Below, piece by piece: positions 27,982 to 37,108 of a stretch of 64,000 nt of DNA. Each line of letters starts with the position of its first letter. Positions within the stretch are counted from its first letter, which is position 1. The stretch lies in the IMG/VR virus record IMGVR_UViG_3300024268_000045; one strand, written 5' to 3'. Both the position numbers and the translations under genes were made by a program. The DNA comes from an uncultured virus (IMG/VR IMGVR_UViG_3300024268_000045). Lineage: Duplodnaviria > Heunggongvirae > Uroviricota > Caudoviricetes. The notes under the pieces were generated by a model. It saw nothing but the letters and a program-made list of their open reading frames with translations. It searched no databases and was not told where the DNA came from.

Positions 27982-28464
27982 ATGAAGACAGAAGCGGAGT
28001 ATTGTTCTGTTATAATTCATTCACTTAATGAAGCAGGCATAGGATATAAGATCCCAGACGCGTCCGGTCAATTTGCTGCAACAATCAAAAGATGCTTTGA
28101 TATTATCGGAAGAATTGGTGAATGCCCAGTTTACTTGGAAGCAAAGTTTAATAAAAAGATGGCAGCTTGCTCAATGAAAAGGGTTGAGGAACACCAAGCA
28201 TCTTACCTTGATGAGTTTGCAAAAATCCCAAATGCAATGTGTTTCCTTGCTTGGGGCATTCAGGTTGCAAGAGGCGACTGCCGTTCTTATGTTTTTGATT
28301 GGAGGGCAGTGTCAGAGTTGTATAAAAAAGGATATTCATTTCACATCAAAGAATTGGAAAAGTTACCTTATAATGAAATACATAAAAGCACATTTCAATT
28401 TGTTAATATCATTACAAAAGAAGATATTATAAAAGCTTGTGGGGATATTTATGATAAAAGCTAA
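27982..28464 (+). CDS. RecU-like Holliday junction resolvase (PD-(D/E)XK)
   Basis: YKIPD..FDIIG..YLEAK..EHQ; SD GGAGG. Confidence 0.7.
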   Translation: MKTEAEYCSVIIHSLNEAGIGYKIPDASGQFAATIKRCFDIIGRIGECPVYLEAKFNKKMAACSMKRVEEHQASYLDEFAKIPNAMCFLAWGIQVARGDCRSYVFDWRAVSELYKKGYSFHIKELEKLPYNEIHKSTFQFVNIITKEDIIKACGDIYDKS

Positions 28465-28639
28465 ATACGTTTGTCCTGAATGTAAAAAAGAAGTGATTGT
28501 AAAATTTAAGGCAGGAGAAACTCCTGCCTGTCCAAAATGCTGTAATAAAGATATGATTCGCCAATACGGCACAATCAAACTAGGTGATACAGTTGATGAA
28601 CAAATGATTCACCTAGCTCAATCAATGTTGTATTCTTAA
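28451..28639 (+). CDS. FmdB-like zinc-ribbon protein
   Basis: YVCPEC..ACPKC..MIRQ. Confidence 0.6.
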   Translation: MIKAKYVCPECKKEVIVKFKAGETPACPKCCNKDMIRQYGTIKLGDTVDEQMIHLAQSMLYS

Positions 28640-29730
28640 AGTCCCTGTCTTTCAGGTGCAATATCATCCCAAATTTTTTCTGCCTGATCTTCAAAGCCGT
28701 ATTCAAATAACTCACTTGCAAGGTCATCAAGTTCTTCGTAAGATGCATCACCACGATTGAAAATATTGCTATGTAAATCGAGGAAGTCTTCACCGCCATC
28801 CAAGTTTCTAAGGTCTGTAGCAATATCATAAATCAAACCTTTAGAGTCATAATGTGCACTTTCTTTAAGGAAACTTTCTACAAGTTTGTTGTCTTCAACC
28901 TTTTTTGACTCATTAAGAGGTCCAAGAATTGCATCTGGGTCAATCTTCAAGTAACGAGCCATCTCTGATTGTGTAATACCGTGATCTTTCAAAATATCAC
29001 CAATATCAAGTGCAGAGTACAAAGTTGCTTTTGTTACCCCAAGTTCATCTGCAATTTGTGGAACTGTCTTTTCTCCAGTCAATACTTTTGCAATAACAGT
29101 TTTTCTTGGTGTTGAGATTTTCTTTGAAAGAGGCTCATTCATTCTTGGGTCACGACAGAAATCTTTCCAGTCTTCAAGGAAGTCTGCGTCGTGTTCGTCT
29201 TCAGCGCCGCCAACCATTGAGTCCCAAGCGTTTCCTGTTCCTGCGCCTTTGCTTTCTGTTTCAGATGTCATACCGTCAGGATTTATTGCACCTTTTGTTG
29301 GGTCGTCATCTTCTTTGTTGTTGTATGAAATTGCTTCAGCTTTCAAGTAGCGTCCCAAGTAATACTGGAAGTTTCCAATTTTCATATCCTGATATTCATC
29401 TGGATTGAAAGCTTTAATTGCTTTTTCAAACGCAATATAAACCAAAGACAAGAAGTCGCCAAATTCGCCGTTGGCAATTCTCATTTTGATAACTTTCTTT
29501 GAAGCTTCTTTTCCAATGAAGTTTGTCCAGAAAGTATAGAAAATCATTTTCTTACATTTGTTCAAAAGGAAAATTTCAGCATCATCGTCGCCTTCTTTTG
29601 CGTCAAAGATTGCTCCAAGTATGTCATCCTCATATTCGCGAGCTTTATCGGTCATAGCGAAAAGTTCATCAAATTGAGAATTCAAAGCTCCGTAGTTATC
29701 TTCCTTTGCTTCTTTTATCTGTTCAGCCAT
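28636..29730 (-). CDS. Phage-encoded sigma70-family RNA polymerase sigma factor (start MAEQIKE)
   Basis: Region 2-like AKEGDDDA..DFLSLVYIAFEKAIKAFNP..FQYYLGRYL; region 4-like HTH KTVPQIADELGVTKATLY. Confidence 0.72.
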   Translation of the reverse strand: MAEQIKEAKEDNYGALNSQFDELFAMTDKAREYEDDILGAIFDAKEGDDDAEIFLLNKCKKMIFYTFWTNFIGKEASKKVIKMRIANGEFGDFLSLVYIAFEKAIKAFNPDEYQDMKIGNFQYYLGRYLKAEAISYNNKEDDDPTKGAINPDGMTSETESKGAGTGNAWDSMVGGAEDEHDADFLEDWKDFCRDPRMNEPLSKKISTPRKTVIAKVLTGEKTVPQIADELGVTKATLYSALDIGDILKDHGITQSEMARYLKIDPDAILGPLNESKKVEDNKLVESFLKESAHYDSKGLIYDIATDLRNLDGGEDFLDLHSNIFNRGDASYEELDDLASELFEYGFEDQAEKIWDDIAPERQGL

Positions 29731-29738
29731 TATAGTCT

Positions 29739-29760
29739 CCACTAATAAAATAATTAGTGG
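29739..29760 (-). promoter_or_regulatory. Late motif ACTAATT inside a hairpin that occludes the sigma-factor SD
   Basis: CCACTAAT-TATTTT-ATTAGTGG-AG-ACTATA-ATG. Confidence 0.65.
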
Positions 29761-29763
29761 AAC

Positions 29764-30171
29764 TTATATTATCTTTCGTGGGTTATTATAAACAATTATT
29801 TTATGTGGCTTGTTTTTTGATTGACACAATATAATGTCGTGTTTTGTGCCTCTACTTTGGCCGTCCCATAAAATAAGACAGTAATCACATTTGTCTACCA
29901 TCTCAATGTTACGCTTAAAGCCTGCCCACGCACCATATTTACCCCATTCAGCAGGAAAATCCCAAGTAAGAACTTTATGTTTATCTGCCCAATCTTTTGC
30001 AATCTTATCAACACCACGAGCAAGGCCTTGAATAATTACAAAATCTCTATCACCTGTCCCATATTTTGCTTCTTGGTCTTTATAAATAAACTTAAGATAC
30101 TCTTCTATTTGATGCTCAATCCAAGGCACATCAGTAATTGTCCTTGAACCGCAAACCATTACTCCAACCAT
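29764..30171 (-). CDS. SLOG-superfamily protein (YspA/DUF2493-like)
   Basis: VCGSR, IQGLARGVD, AEWGKYG.AGFKRN.EM, WDGQSRGT. Confidence 0.85.
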   Translation of the reverse strand: MVGVMVCGSRTITDVPWIEHQIEEYLKFIYKDQEAKYGTGDRDFVIIQGLARGVDKIAKDWADKHKVLTWDFPAEWGKYGAWAGFKRNIEMVDKCDYCLILWDGQSRGTKHDIILCQSKNKPHKIIVYNNPRKII

Positions 30172-30179
30172 TGTTCACC

Positions 30180-30605
30180 TTACTTTTTCATATGTTCAAG
30201 GATATGGTCAGTAGGCTGCAATTCACAAGCTTTAACAACTAAACCATCAGCAGGACAGCCTGCTCTTTCAACTCTTACTTTTGAACTGTCTGCAAAAACG
30301 TAATCTTTATTATCAACATCATCGTGAACTCTGATTGCTTTCATTCCAATTGAACCTACGAATGTTCCGAAACCTGTCATCGAGTGCAAGTCAGATGTAT
30401 CTGAACCGTCACGATATACTGAGTAAAGAACTGGGTCAGGTTTTGCTTTTTGCCCTTCAGGTGAGTCAAATGTTGAGTCAGGACACTCATTAAGAAATGT
30501 ATCAATTGAAGCAAGTCGCGCTTGAAGAGAAGCAAAGTCACAAGTTAACAAAAAGTAACCTCTTTGTCCGCCTTCACGACAATTTTCTTTTTTCTTTATA
30601 AACAT
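30180..30605 (-). CDS. Stand-alone fragment of a family A DNA polymerase (motif A) with a Hint/intein-like C-terminal tail
   Basis: GYFLLTCDFASLQARLA (motif A) and DLHSMT; tail KVRVER..VVKACELQPTDHI; own SD and GTTAATAT motif. Confidence 0.75.
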   Translation of the reverse strand: MFIKKKENCREGGQRGYFLLTCDFASLQARLASIDTFLNECPDSTFDSPEGQKAKPDPVLYSVYRDGSDTSDLHSMTGFGTFVGSIGMKAIRVHDDVDNKDYVFADSSKVRVERAGCPADGLVVKACELQPTDHILEHMKK

Positions 30606-30664
30606 ATATTCTCCCTAGCACCGAAATGTGCCATAATCTTATATTTTATATTAACTAAATTTTT

Positions 30665-30844
30665 ATGTTAAAAATCATAACAGCAAATAACGAATATTAC
30701 TTATATGACGACTACGACTTTTATGGTCCTTACCATTCAATCGCTGACGCAACTTTTGCAAGGCATACTCTTTCAAGACAGCACAAAATTTCATTGGAAG
30801 AATCTGCTCAACTTTTAGGATATAAGTTTATCACTAACTTGTAA
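30665..30844 (+). CDS. 59-aa hypothetical protein (not in the ORF track)
   Basis: ACTAAAT motif directly before ATG; MLKIITANNEYY..FITNL*. Confidence 0.5.
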   Translation: MLKIITANNEYYLYDDYDFYGPYHSIADATFARHTLSRQHKISLEESAQLLGYKFITNL

Positions 30845-30848
30845 AGTA

Positions 30849-31196
30849 TCAGAATAACGCATTCCAGTCATCATCAATCTCTACGTCATAACGATACAAT
30901 AACTTTACATCTTTATAAATATATTCTTTTCGGGGTGCGGTTATTATAAGACAATCGTCAAACTCTTCAATCGTAAATGAGTTATAATCTTTTGAAAAGT
31001 TCCAAGGGTTATCATCATATTTACTTTGTATAGCAATGTAATCATCGCCGCATTTGAGAGTTGAGTAACCCTTAATATAATTTTCAGGCTTTACAAATGT
31101 TGCAACCCATTTACCTAAAATGTTTTCTTCAAAAGCAAGATGGACTTCTCTGAGTTCATTCATAAATCTGCCTCTCATAGCTTCTTTCAAACTCAT
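30849..31196 (-). CDS. Hypothetical protein
   Basis: ATGA-coupled ORF. Confidence 0.6.
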   Translation of the reverse strand: MSLKEAMRGRFMNELREVHLAFEENILGKWVATFVKPENYIKGYSTLKCGDDYIAIQSKYDDNPWNFSKDYNSFTIEEFDDCLIITAPRKEYIYKDVKLLYRYDVEIDDDWNALF

Positions 31197-31739
31197 ATTG
31201 TAAACGGCTCATTTCTCCAATCCCTTGGAGATATTTTCTTTTCAAGCTTGTCCATTCTCTCAAGAAGTTTTGCAATAATTTCAAGCATAAACCAATCGGG
31301 ATTCATATTACCATTAGGATGCGCATTATTTGCATCATCAATAATCTGTTGTGCTTCGTTCAATTTTTCTTGATGATACGCTTCTTCCGCAGCTTTCCTT
31401 TCTGCTTCTCGCAATTCTTCAATTTTTGGCTCAACGTATTGTTTCCAATTTTTACCGTCAACATCAGGACTTACTCGAGGTCTTCCCATATAGTCGTAAT
31501 TACTTAAAGCTTCTTTTGCAAATTCAAGAGCATCTTCTTCAGTAAAATTGTCATTAAGTTTTCGAAGATAACAATGGCGGCAAAGTCCTTTGAAGCGGTC
31601 ATTCATTTCCCAAACAAAAGTATGTCCTTCTGCTTTATAAAGGTCACCGCATTCTTTACATTTGATTGTTTTTTCTTTTTTCTTCAAAAAGACCAAAGAG
31701 ATGCTTGTCAACTCCATCAATATTTAATTTATAAGCCAT
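31193..31739 (-). CDS. Zinc-finger protein; 5' end appears frameshifted in A-runs near 31670-31681
   Basis: SD GAGGA + ATG 31739 (MAYKLNIDG) is out of frame with CKEC..CRHC. Confidence 0.5.
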
Positions 31740-31798
31740 TACTGTTCCTCTTTTTCTTCAAAGTCCTACTAAATAAAAAATCAAGGAATAGTAGGATT

Positions 31799-32506
31799 AT
31801 GAATTATCGCAAATTATATATTAACATTATAACTTATGCAAAATCACAAAACAGATATAAGGGTGATGGCAATTATTATGAGAGTCATCATATTTTGCCA
31901 AAATCTTTATTCCCTCTTTGGAAAAATCGAAAGTCAAATAAAGTTCTATTAACAGCTCGTGAACATTTCTTTTGTCATCAGTTACTAACAAAAATATACC
32001 CTTGCAACGAAATGTTTTTTGCGTGTCACGCTTTTGTTTCAAGACCAAATGCAGATTATAGAATAACTTCAAGAGAATATGAAAGATTAAAAATTGAATT
32101 CGTAAAAAGAATGCGTCCCATATCTATAGCGTGCAATACGGGTAGAAAGCATACGCCTGAAGCTATAGAAAAAATAAAAGCTGCAAGACTTAGACAAACA
32201 CTCTTGGGAAGAACAAATAAAGGATGTAAGTGGTCAGATGAAGCAAAAGCAAATATGAGCAAAATAGCAAAAGCTCGTATGACTCCAGAGCTTAAAGAAA
32301 TTATCAAAAACAAAACAAGACTAACTTGCGCTAAAAGAATTCGTAATATAGAAACTGGAAAAGTGTTTGACTGTATAACAGACGTTAAATTATGGCTTGG
32401 TAAAAACGTTCAAGTATCAAATATAGTTGGCAGCATAAAAGGAAGAAAACATTACGCATATAAAAACCCAGATACAGGAGAGCCCCTGCACTGGGAGTAT
32501 TGTTAA
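31799..32506 (+). CDS. HNH homing endonuclease (Mob-like, with NUMOD motifs)
   Basis: YESHHILPKS..LLTAREHFFCHQLL; GRKHTPEAIEKI; start re-called at MNYRKLY. Confidence 0.9.
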   Translation: MNYRKLYINIITYAKSQNRYKGDGNYYESHHILPKSLFPLWKNRKSNKVLLTAREHFFCHQLLTKIYPCNEMFFACHAFVSRPNADYRITSREYERLKIEFVKRMRPISIACNTGRKHTPEAIEKIKAARLRQTLLGRTNKGCKWSDEAKANMSKIAKARMTPELKEIIKNKTRLTCAKRIRNIETGKVFDCITDVKLWLGKNVQVSNIVGSIKGRKHYAYKNPDTGEPLHWEYC

Positions 32507-33969
32507 GATTCAGAAGATTCTTCATCTGAAGACCTATCATAAGGCCGACGTGGCTCGCCGTTATCGTTTAAAACTGGGGTCATTTTCATAATGTCTGGGT
32601 CAAATAAATACATTCCCAGTGCACCTATGCGCCCCTGATTTTGTTTAAGCATATGCATTTCACAGTAGTCTGGAAGGTCTTCCCAAAGTTCTTTGTCTTC
32701 GATATAAAGTTCAGCATAATACTTTGGTCTGAACAAACCTACAGCCCAACGAACACGCTCAAGAAAGGCACCCGCATTTTTAATTTGATTTCTTACAGGA
32801 CGGAATCTGTTCAAGTCATCAAGATCATCAATATGTTGTGCTTCACCTTCACCTTTACGATTCATCTGAAGAACAGCAATGTAGTGGAAGCCAAGTTCCT
32901 TTGCCATTGCATTAAGGACGTTGATTGCAACTTCAATACCCTGTGCAAAGTTCATACCCTTTTCATCAGTAATCATAAACTCTTTAATCATTGAAAGCAA
33001 GTCGAATACAACAACCATATATTCTTGGCCAATGTCCTGCTGAAATTTTTTAATATCCTGCTTAACCTGTGTTAAAGATATGGAAGCACATTCACTGAAA
33101 CGGAAGTTTGGATTTTGTTTCAATACTGCGAACTGATTTTTGATTTCTTTCTTAACCATCTCAAACATTTCTTTGTCAGGAGGATTGACGATTGTGTCCA
33201 TATCAATCCCTGTGTTCAAAGCAATGTCACGGTCAAAAGTATCCATAAGTCCCATTTCCAAAGAGTAATACATTAAAGGAACTCTTGATACCATCATTCT
33301 GTTAATCAAGTTCAAACACCAAGCAGACTTACCCATACCTGTTGCTGCGGCAATCAAACCACCACACCCAGGAGCAGGTCCATACTTTACATACTTATCA
33401 AGGATTGGGTCGCCGAACAAATACTGCTTACCGTTCTTACGATCTTCGAAGTTTTCTATATATGTTTTTTCAACATCTTCGAGAGTCATAATACGCTGCT
33501 TTCTTGTAATCGGCATCAAATCACTTTCGCTTTCATACAAAAGTTTTTTGATTTTTTCGTTTACTTCATCACTGCGAATTGGGTTTTCTGAAACAAGTTT
33601 TCTTACTTCATCAAGACGCTTAAGAGCATTTACAGACATCTTTGTGTCCTGTAACATTTCAACTGCGTCTTTAATAACAACATCTTTATTTGAATTGATA
33701 CCCGCTATAGCTTTGATAACATCAAAAGTAACATTGATGTTTCTTGCTGATGCATCCTGAAATAATGCCTGAGGAGTAAGTGGGATATTATTGTTTGTGA
33801 GTTTTTCGATTGAGTCAAAAATGTCTTTGTAAGTCTCGTGGACGAACAAGTCTTTTTCAACGCCTGTTACTTGAAAGTTATCTTTATTTACATAAAGGGC
33901 GTTAAGCAATCTCATTTCCGCAACATTTACGGAAGTCTGCTCATCTAAGTTTTCAACTTTTGAATTCAT
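32503..33969 (-). CDS. dnaB: Replicative DNA helicase (DnaB-like)
   Basis: AATGMGKS, YSLEM, VVFD, LQMNR and KQNQG motifs; DnaB-like N-terminal domain. Confidence 0.88.
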   Translation of the reverse strand: MNSKVENLDEQTSVNVAEMRLLNALYVNKDNFQVTGVEKDLFVHETYKDIFDSIEKLTNNNIPLTPQALFQDASARNINVTFDVIKAIAGINSNKDVVIKDAVEMLQDTKMSVNALKRLDEVRKLVSENPIRSDEVNEKIKKLLYESESDLMPITRKQRIMTLEDVEKTYIENFEDRKNGKQYLFGDPILDKYVKYGPAPGCGGLIAAATGMGKSAWCLNLINRMMVSRVPLMYYSLEMGLMDTFDRDIALNTGIDMDTIVNPPDKEMFEMVKKEIKNQFAVLKQNPNFRFSECASISLTQVKQDIKKFQQDIGQEYMVVVFDLLSMIKEFMITDEKGMNFAQGIEVAINVLNAMAKELGFHYIAVLQMNRKGEGEAQHIDDLDDLNRFRPVRNQIKNAGAFLERVRWAVGLFRPKYYAELYIEDKELWEDLPDYCEMHMLKQNQGRIGALGMYLFDPDIMKMTPVLNDNGEPRRPYDRSSDEESSES

Positions 33970-33989
33970 ATATTTAAATTAACCTCAAA

Positions 33990-34745
33990 TTAGAATAAGC
34001 TGCCCGTAAACTCGACAGTTGTAGATTGCAAATAATTATCCAAGAACTGAAGATAACAATTATGTAACTTAACTTCTCTTTCAACAAAGTCTTGAATTGA
34101 ATGAGAAAGCCCGTTTGACTCAATGTCTTCAATCTTTACATTACTTACAAATAAAATGCCTTTATTCAACTGACCTATTCTTTTACGAATCCAAGAGTCA
34201 AGAAAGGACAACATAAAACCACTTTTATAAAGTTTCATTTTTTCTTTATCAAATGACTCATCAACAATTATAAGATCAGTATTCTCAAGCTTTTCAATTT
34301 TTGCAATTGCTTTTTCTTTTCTTTCTTCATTGAAGTCTTCAGCATCCATAAGTGTATGTATCAAATCATTCATCAATACATATCTTACTGAAAAGCCTTT
34401 TGACAATAAAGACTTACCTACCCAAGATGCAAGTGTTGACTTTTGTGTACCGTTTGGTCCATACATATAAACCATCAACTTTCTTACTTCAGGATTAAGT
34501 TCAAATTGCTTTACATAATTTACTAAACGGTCTTTATCCGCTGCGGACTTTGTACCCACATAAGAACGAGGTGAATAGTTGAAGTGGCGCATATCAAATC
34601 CGTTATGTTTGTACTGTCTCTCTAACTGACTTTCTGCAACCCACTTCTTGTGGCAATCACACTCCGTAGCGACCTGAAAGAAACCTGTCGGGTCAGTTTT
34701 GTATATGTACCCGTCTTTGCATTTACCACAAGATTTAAATTCCAT
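33990..34745 (-). CDS. DnaC/IstB-like helicase loader ATPase
   Basis: N-terminal CxxC..CxC; YGPNGTQKS; LIIVDE; adjacent to dnaB. Confidence 0.78.
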   Translation of the reverse strand: MEFKSCGKCKDGYIYKTDPTGFFQVATECDCHKKWVAESQLERQYKHNGFDMRHFNYSPRSYVGTKSAADKDRLVNYVKQFELNPEVRKLMVYMYGPNGTQKSTLASWVGKSLLSKGFSVRYVLMNDLIHTLMDAEDFNEERKEKAIAKIEKLENTDLIIVDESFDKEKMKLYKSGFMLSFLDSWIRKRIGQLNKGILFVSNVKIEDIESNGLSHSIQDFVEREVKLHNCYLQFLDNYLQSTTVEFTGSLF

Positions 34746-34747
34746 AC

Positions 34748-35572
34748 TTAATTATTCCACCAATTGTTTCTTTTTGCTTCAGAGAAAGCTGTTCTCTCTT
34801 CAAAAAGTTTTTTAAGATCATCATAATGACGGTCATAAATGTGCATTGAATCTGATGTCCAAATAATTGTACCGACTTCAAGGTCAGGATATGTTTCCTT
34901 CAAGTCTTCATACATATTTTGATATACAAAACAATTCCAAGAAAGGTCAGAACAAATGAAACCATAACGAACATCGTTACTTCTCATATTGTGAACCATA
35001 AACAACCTGTTATCACGAATAAAGAAATGCGAATACATTGTGCAAATCATATCGTGCATCCCTTCTCTTTTGTAATCTTTATAAATTGAAGGACGGTTGT
35101 AAACAATAATTGCATTACGAGTAGTCTTGTCTTTCTTCAAAACATTCAAACACTCATCATACTGACTTCCATTTTCTTCACTGAAAACACACCAACCATA
35201 ATTTGAATTAACTTCTTTCTTATCATCTTTTGTGCAGCAAGACTGCCAAGTTGGGTTGCTTTCAATCCCTTCGTGTCCTATGATTGATAAGTCCATAGAC
35301 TTGTACCAATCAAGTTCCGACTTTACATAATTCTTCGGTGTCTGAAACATTTTGTCGATATAAACATAAGGTGAATATGGGTCAAGCTGAATAGTCTTTG
35401 CAAGAAGTTCGGCATAAGAAGACTGTCCTTCAACCTGTGAAGCATTTGCACCTGTCTTTACGACATCATCGTTCATAACTTTTCCGTATAAAGGCCAAAG
35501 AAGTTCATCTCTAATAACTTCGTCATTATGACGATTAAGTTCAATAGGCTCTTCTACTTTAAATTTTCTCAT
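34748..35572 (-). CDS. dCMP hydroxymethylase (T4 gp42-like, thymidylate synthase fold)
   Basis: ELDWYKS, EVNSNYGW, DMICT, MRSND..GF..DLSW (Asp at the pyrimidine-specificity position), SMHIYDRH. Confidence 0.8.
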   Translation of the reverse strand: MRKFKVEEPIELNRHNDEVIRDELLWPLYGKVMNDDVVKTGANASQVEGQSSYAELLAKTIQLDPYSPYVYIDKMFQTPKNYVKSELDWYKSMDLSIIGHEGIESNPTWQSCCTKDDKKEVNSNYGWCVFSEENGSQYDECLNVLKKDKTTRNAIIVYNRPSIYKDYKREGMHDMICTMYSHFFIRDNRLFMVHNMRSNDVRYGFICSDLSWNCFVYQNMYEDLKETYPDLEVGTIIWTSDSMHIYDRHYDDLKKLFEERTAFSEAKRNNWWNN

Positions 35573-35588
35573 ATTGTTATATTAACAT

Positions 35589-35626
35589 AAAAAGGGAGCG
35601 GCGTTCGTTTTAAATTGCCGCTCCCG
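35589..35626 (-). terminator. Rho-independent terminator
   Basis: GGGAGCGGC/GCCGCTCCC stem plus U-tract. Confidence 0.7.
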
Positions 35627-35657
35627 ATAAGGAGTATGATAAATTTAATTGATTTGC

Positions 35658-36374
35658 TTAGTAGTAGTTTACAAGCTCGCCTTTCAAATATCTGACGTGA
35701 CGACCTTGAATTGTTCTTGGCTCGCAAGTCATATAAGCTTCAGTAAAGGTAAACTTACCGACATTTTCTTTGCCGTGATCTTTTGCAAGTTGAGTAAAAT
35801 ACTGTGCAAACTTGTCGTTTACAACATAGTTATTACCAACTTCAAAGTCTTTGTCACCGTTCTTGTTGTAATAAGCAGCGACTTTATCTTTTCCTTTGAA
35901 AAGGAATGAGTCCTGTCCGAAACATTCAACATCAGTTGGGTCACCTACAAACTCGCCTGCTTCATTTTGCTGAACAGGGTCGAACTGAATAAGCTGCAAA
36001 CCGAAGTTGAACAATTCATCTTCAGACTTTATATCTTTATCTCTTCCGACTGGGAAGATTATCAAAGAGTCTTCGTAAACCTGTTTAGGTGCATCAGAGT
36101 CAGCGCCTTCAATATATCCGCCTTTTACTGGGATAAAGCTGAACCCGTTATTTTTTACAATGTCTTTGAGCTTTGCAAATCTTGCTCGATTTTCTTCCTC
36201 AGAGCATTCGTTTCTGCTTGATGAAACAATTACATAAGGAAACTTTTCAAGGTTGTTGAAGACACGGTTAAGAGAACGGCGAGATGCTTCCTTGAAAGAA
36301 GTATAGCCATCAAGACGACCGCTGTAAATTGGCTCTCTTCGAACATCTTCAAACTCTTCAAGTATCTTTTCCAT
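35658..36374 (-). CDS. Conserved-looking phage protein, possibly a head component
   Basis: ACTAACTAA motif and SD; IVSSSR..EENRAR..L..GGYIE..EDS pattern. Confidence 0.6.
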   Translation of the reverse strand: MEKILEEFEDVRREPIYSGRLDGYTSFKEASRRSLNRVFNNLEKFPYVIVSSSRNECSEEENRARFAKLKDIVKNNGFSFIPVKGGYIEGADSDAPKQVYEDSLIIFPVGRDKDIKSEDELFNFGLQLIQFDPVQQNEAGEFVGDPTDVECFGQDSFLFKGKDKVAAYYNKNGDKDFEVGNNYVVNDKFAQYFTQLAKDHGKENVGKFTFTEAYMTCEPRTIQGRHVRYLKGELVNYY

Positions 36375-36390
36375 ATTTGACTCCTTTTAG

Positions 36391-36708
36391 TTAGTCAATA
36401 TCACCCCATAATTCAGGATGCTGCTTCATCATCTTTTTTGCGTTAGGACCCAAACTCCAAAGTCGGGTTTTTTCACTGTACTTCAAAACTCCGATACGTC
36501 TAAGATGGGCAAGCTGACAATTGTTCACACCGTTTACACGACGTACTTGAATCGATCTTTCTTTGGCTCTACTCCAAGCACTTGCCTTTATGTAAGGCTG
36601 AACACCCATCTCTTCATTTATCTGGGCTCGGTTTTGTGGGCCGAGTACATAAATCATATTAACAATTCTGAAAGTAAGCGATGTGCTTTTAATTCTTGGA
36701 CAAATCAT
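36391..36708 (-). CDS. Hypothetical basic protein (possible winged helix)
   Basis: SD GGAG; downstream of an early promoter. Confidence 0.55.
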   Translation of the reverse strand: MICPRIKSTSLTFRIVNMIYVLGPQNRAQINEEMGVQPYIKASAWSRAKERSIQVRRVNGVNNCQLAHLRRIGVLKYSEKTRLWSLGPNAKKMMKQHPELWGDID

Positions 36709-36719
36709 ATCTTAACTCC

Positions 36720-37010
36720 TTATTCTACAATACCGTCTGTCTTGCTGAACTTATTGAATACTCTTGCAACTTTTGTAAGAGCAGCATCAACATTACCGTT
36801 GTCAACTCTTACCTGAAGGATTGCACCCGTGTTTACAAAGCAAACATCAATCGCATCAAACTTTTCCCACTTTTCTTCTGGGATATAATTTCCTTTTTCA
36901 TCGTAGTTCAAAAACTCAAACTCGATGTGAATATTAGGAAATCTTGGGTCAACATAAGTATAACCTTCTTTGCGATTTTCAAGATATTTCTTAAGCATTC
37001 TTCCTGTCAT
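36720..37010 (-). CDS. Hypothetical early protein
   Basis: SD AAGGAG; first gene after an early promoter. Confidence 0.6.
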   Translation of the reverse strand: MTGRMLKKYLENRKEGYTYVDPRFPNIHIEFEFLNYDEKGNYIPEEKWEKFDAIDVCFVNTGAILQVRVDNGNVDAALTKVARVFNKFSKTDGIVE

Positions 37011-37033
37011 AATCTGCTCCTTGTTTTCGATTT

Positions 37034-37070
37034 ACAATAATAATATAAAGCAAAAAGGACGGAAGTTTAA
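37034..37070 (-). promoter_or_regulatory. Putative early promoter overlapping the upstream gene's terminator (37052-37079)
   Basis: TTAAAC-N17-TATATT; AGGACGGAA/TTCCGTCCT stem. Confidence 0.72.
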
Positions 37071-37108
37071 TTCCGTCCTAAATATTTTTAAATTATTTTG
37101 TAATCAAA

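Noticed and set aside
30596..30634. Short ORF MAHFGARENICL upstream of the PolA fragment as a frameshifted 5' exon
   Set aside because: No resemblance to the PolA NLQNIP region, and the fragment has its own well-spaced SD.
31668..31682. Programmed -1 frameshift at A_AAA_AAC
   Set aside because: The -1 frame closes quickly; reaching the zinc-finger frame needs +1, which fits a homopolymer indel better.
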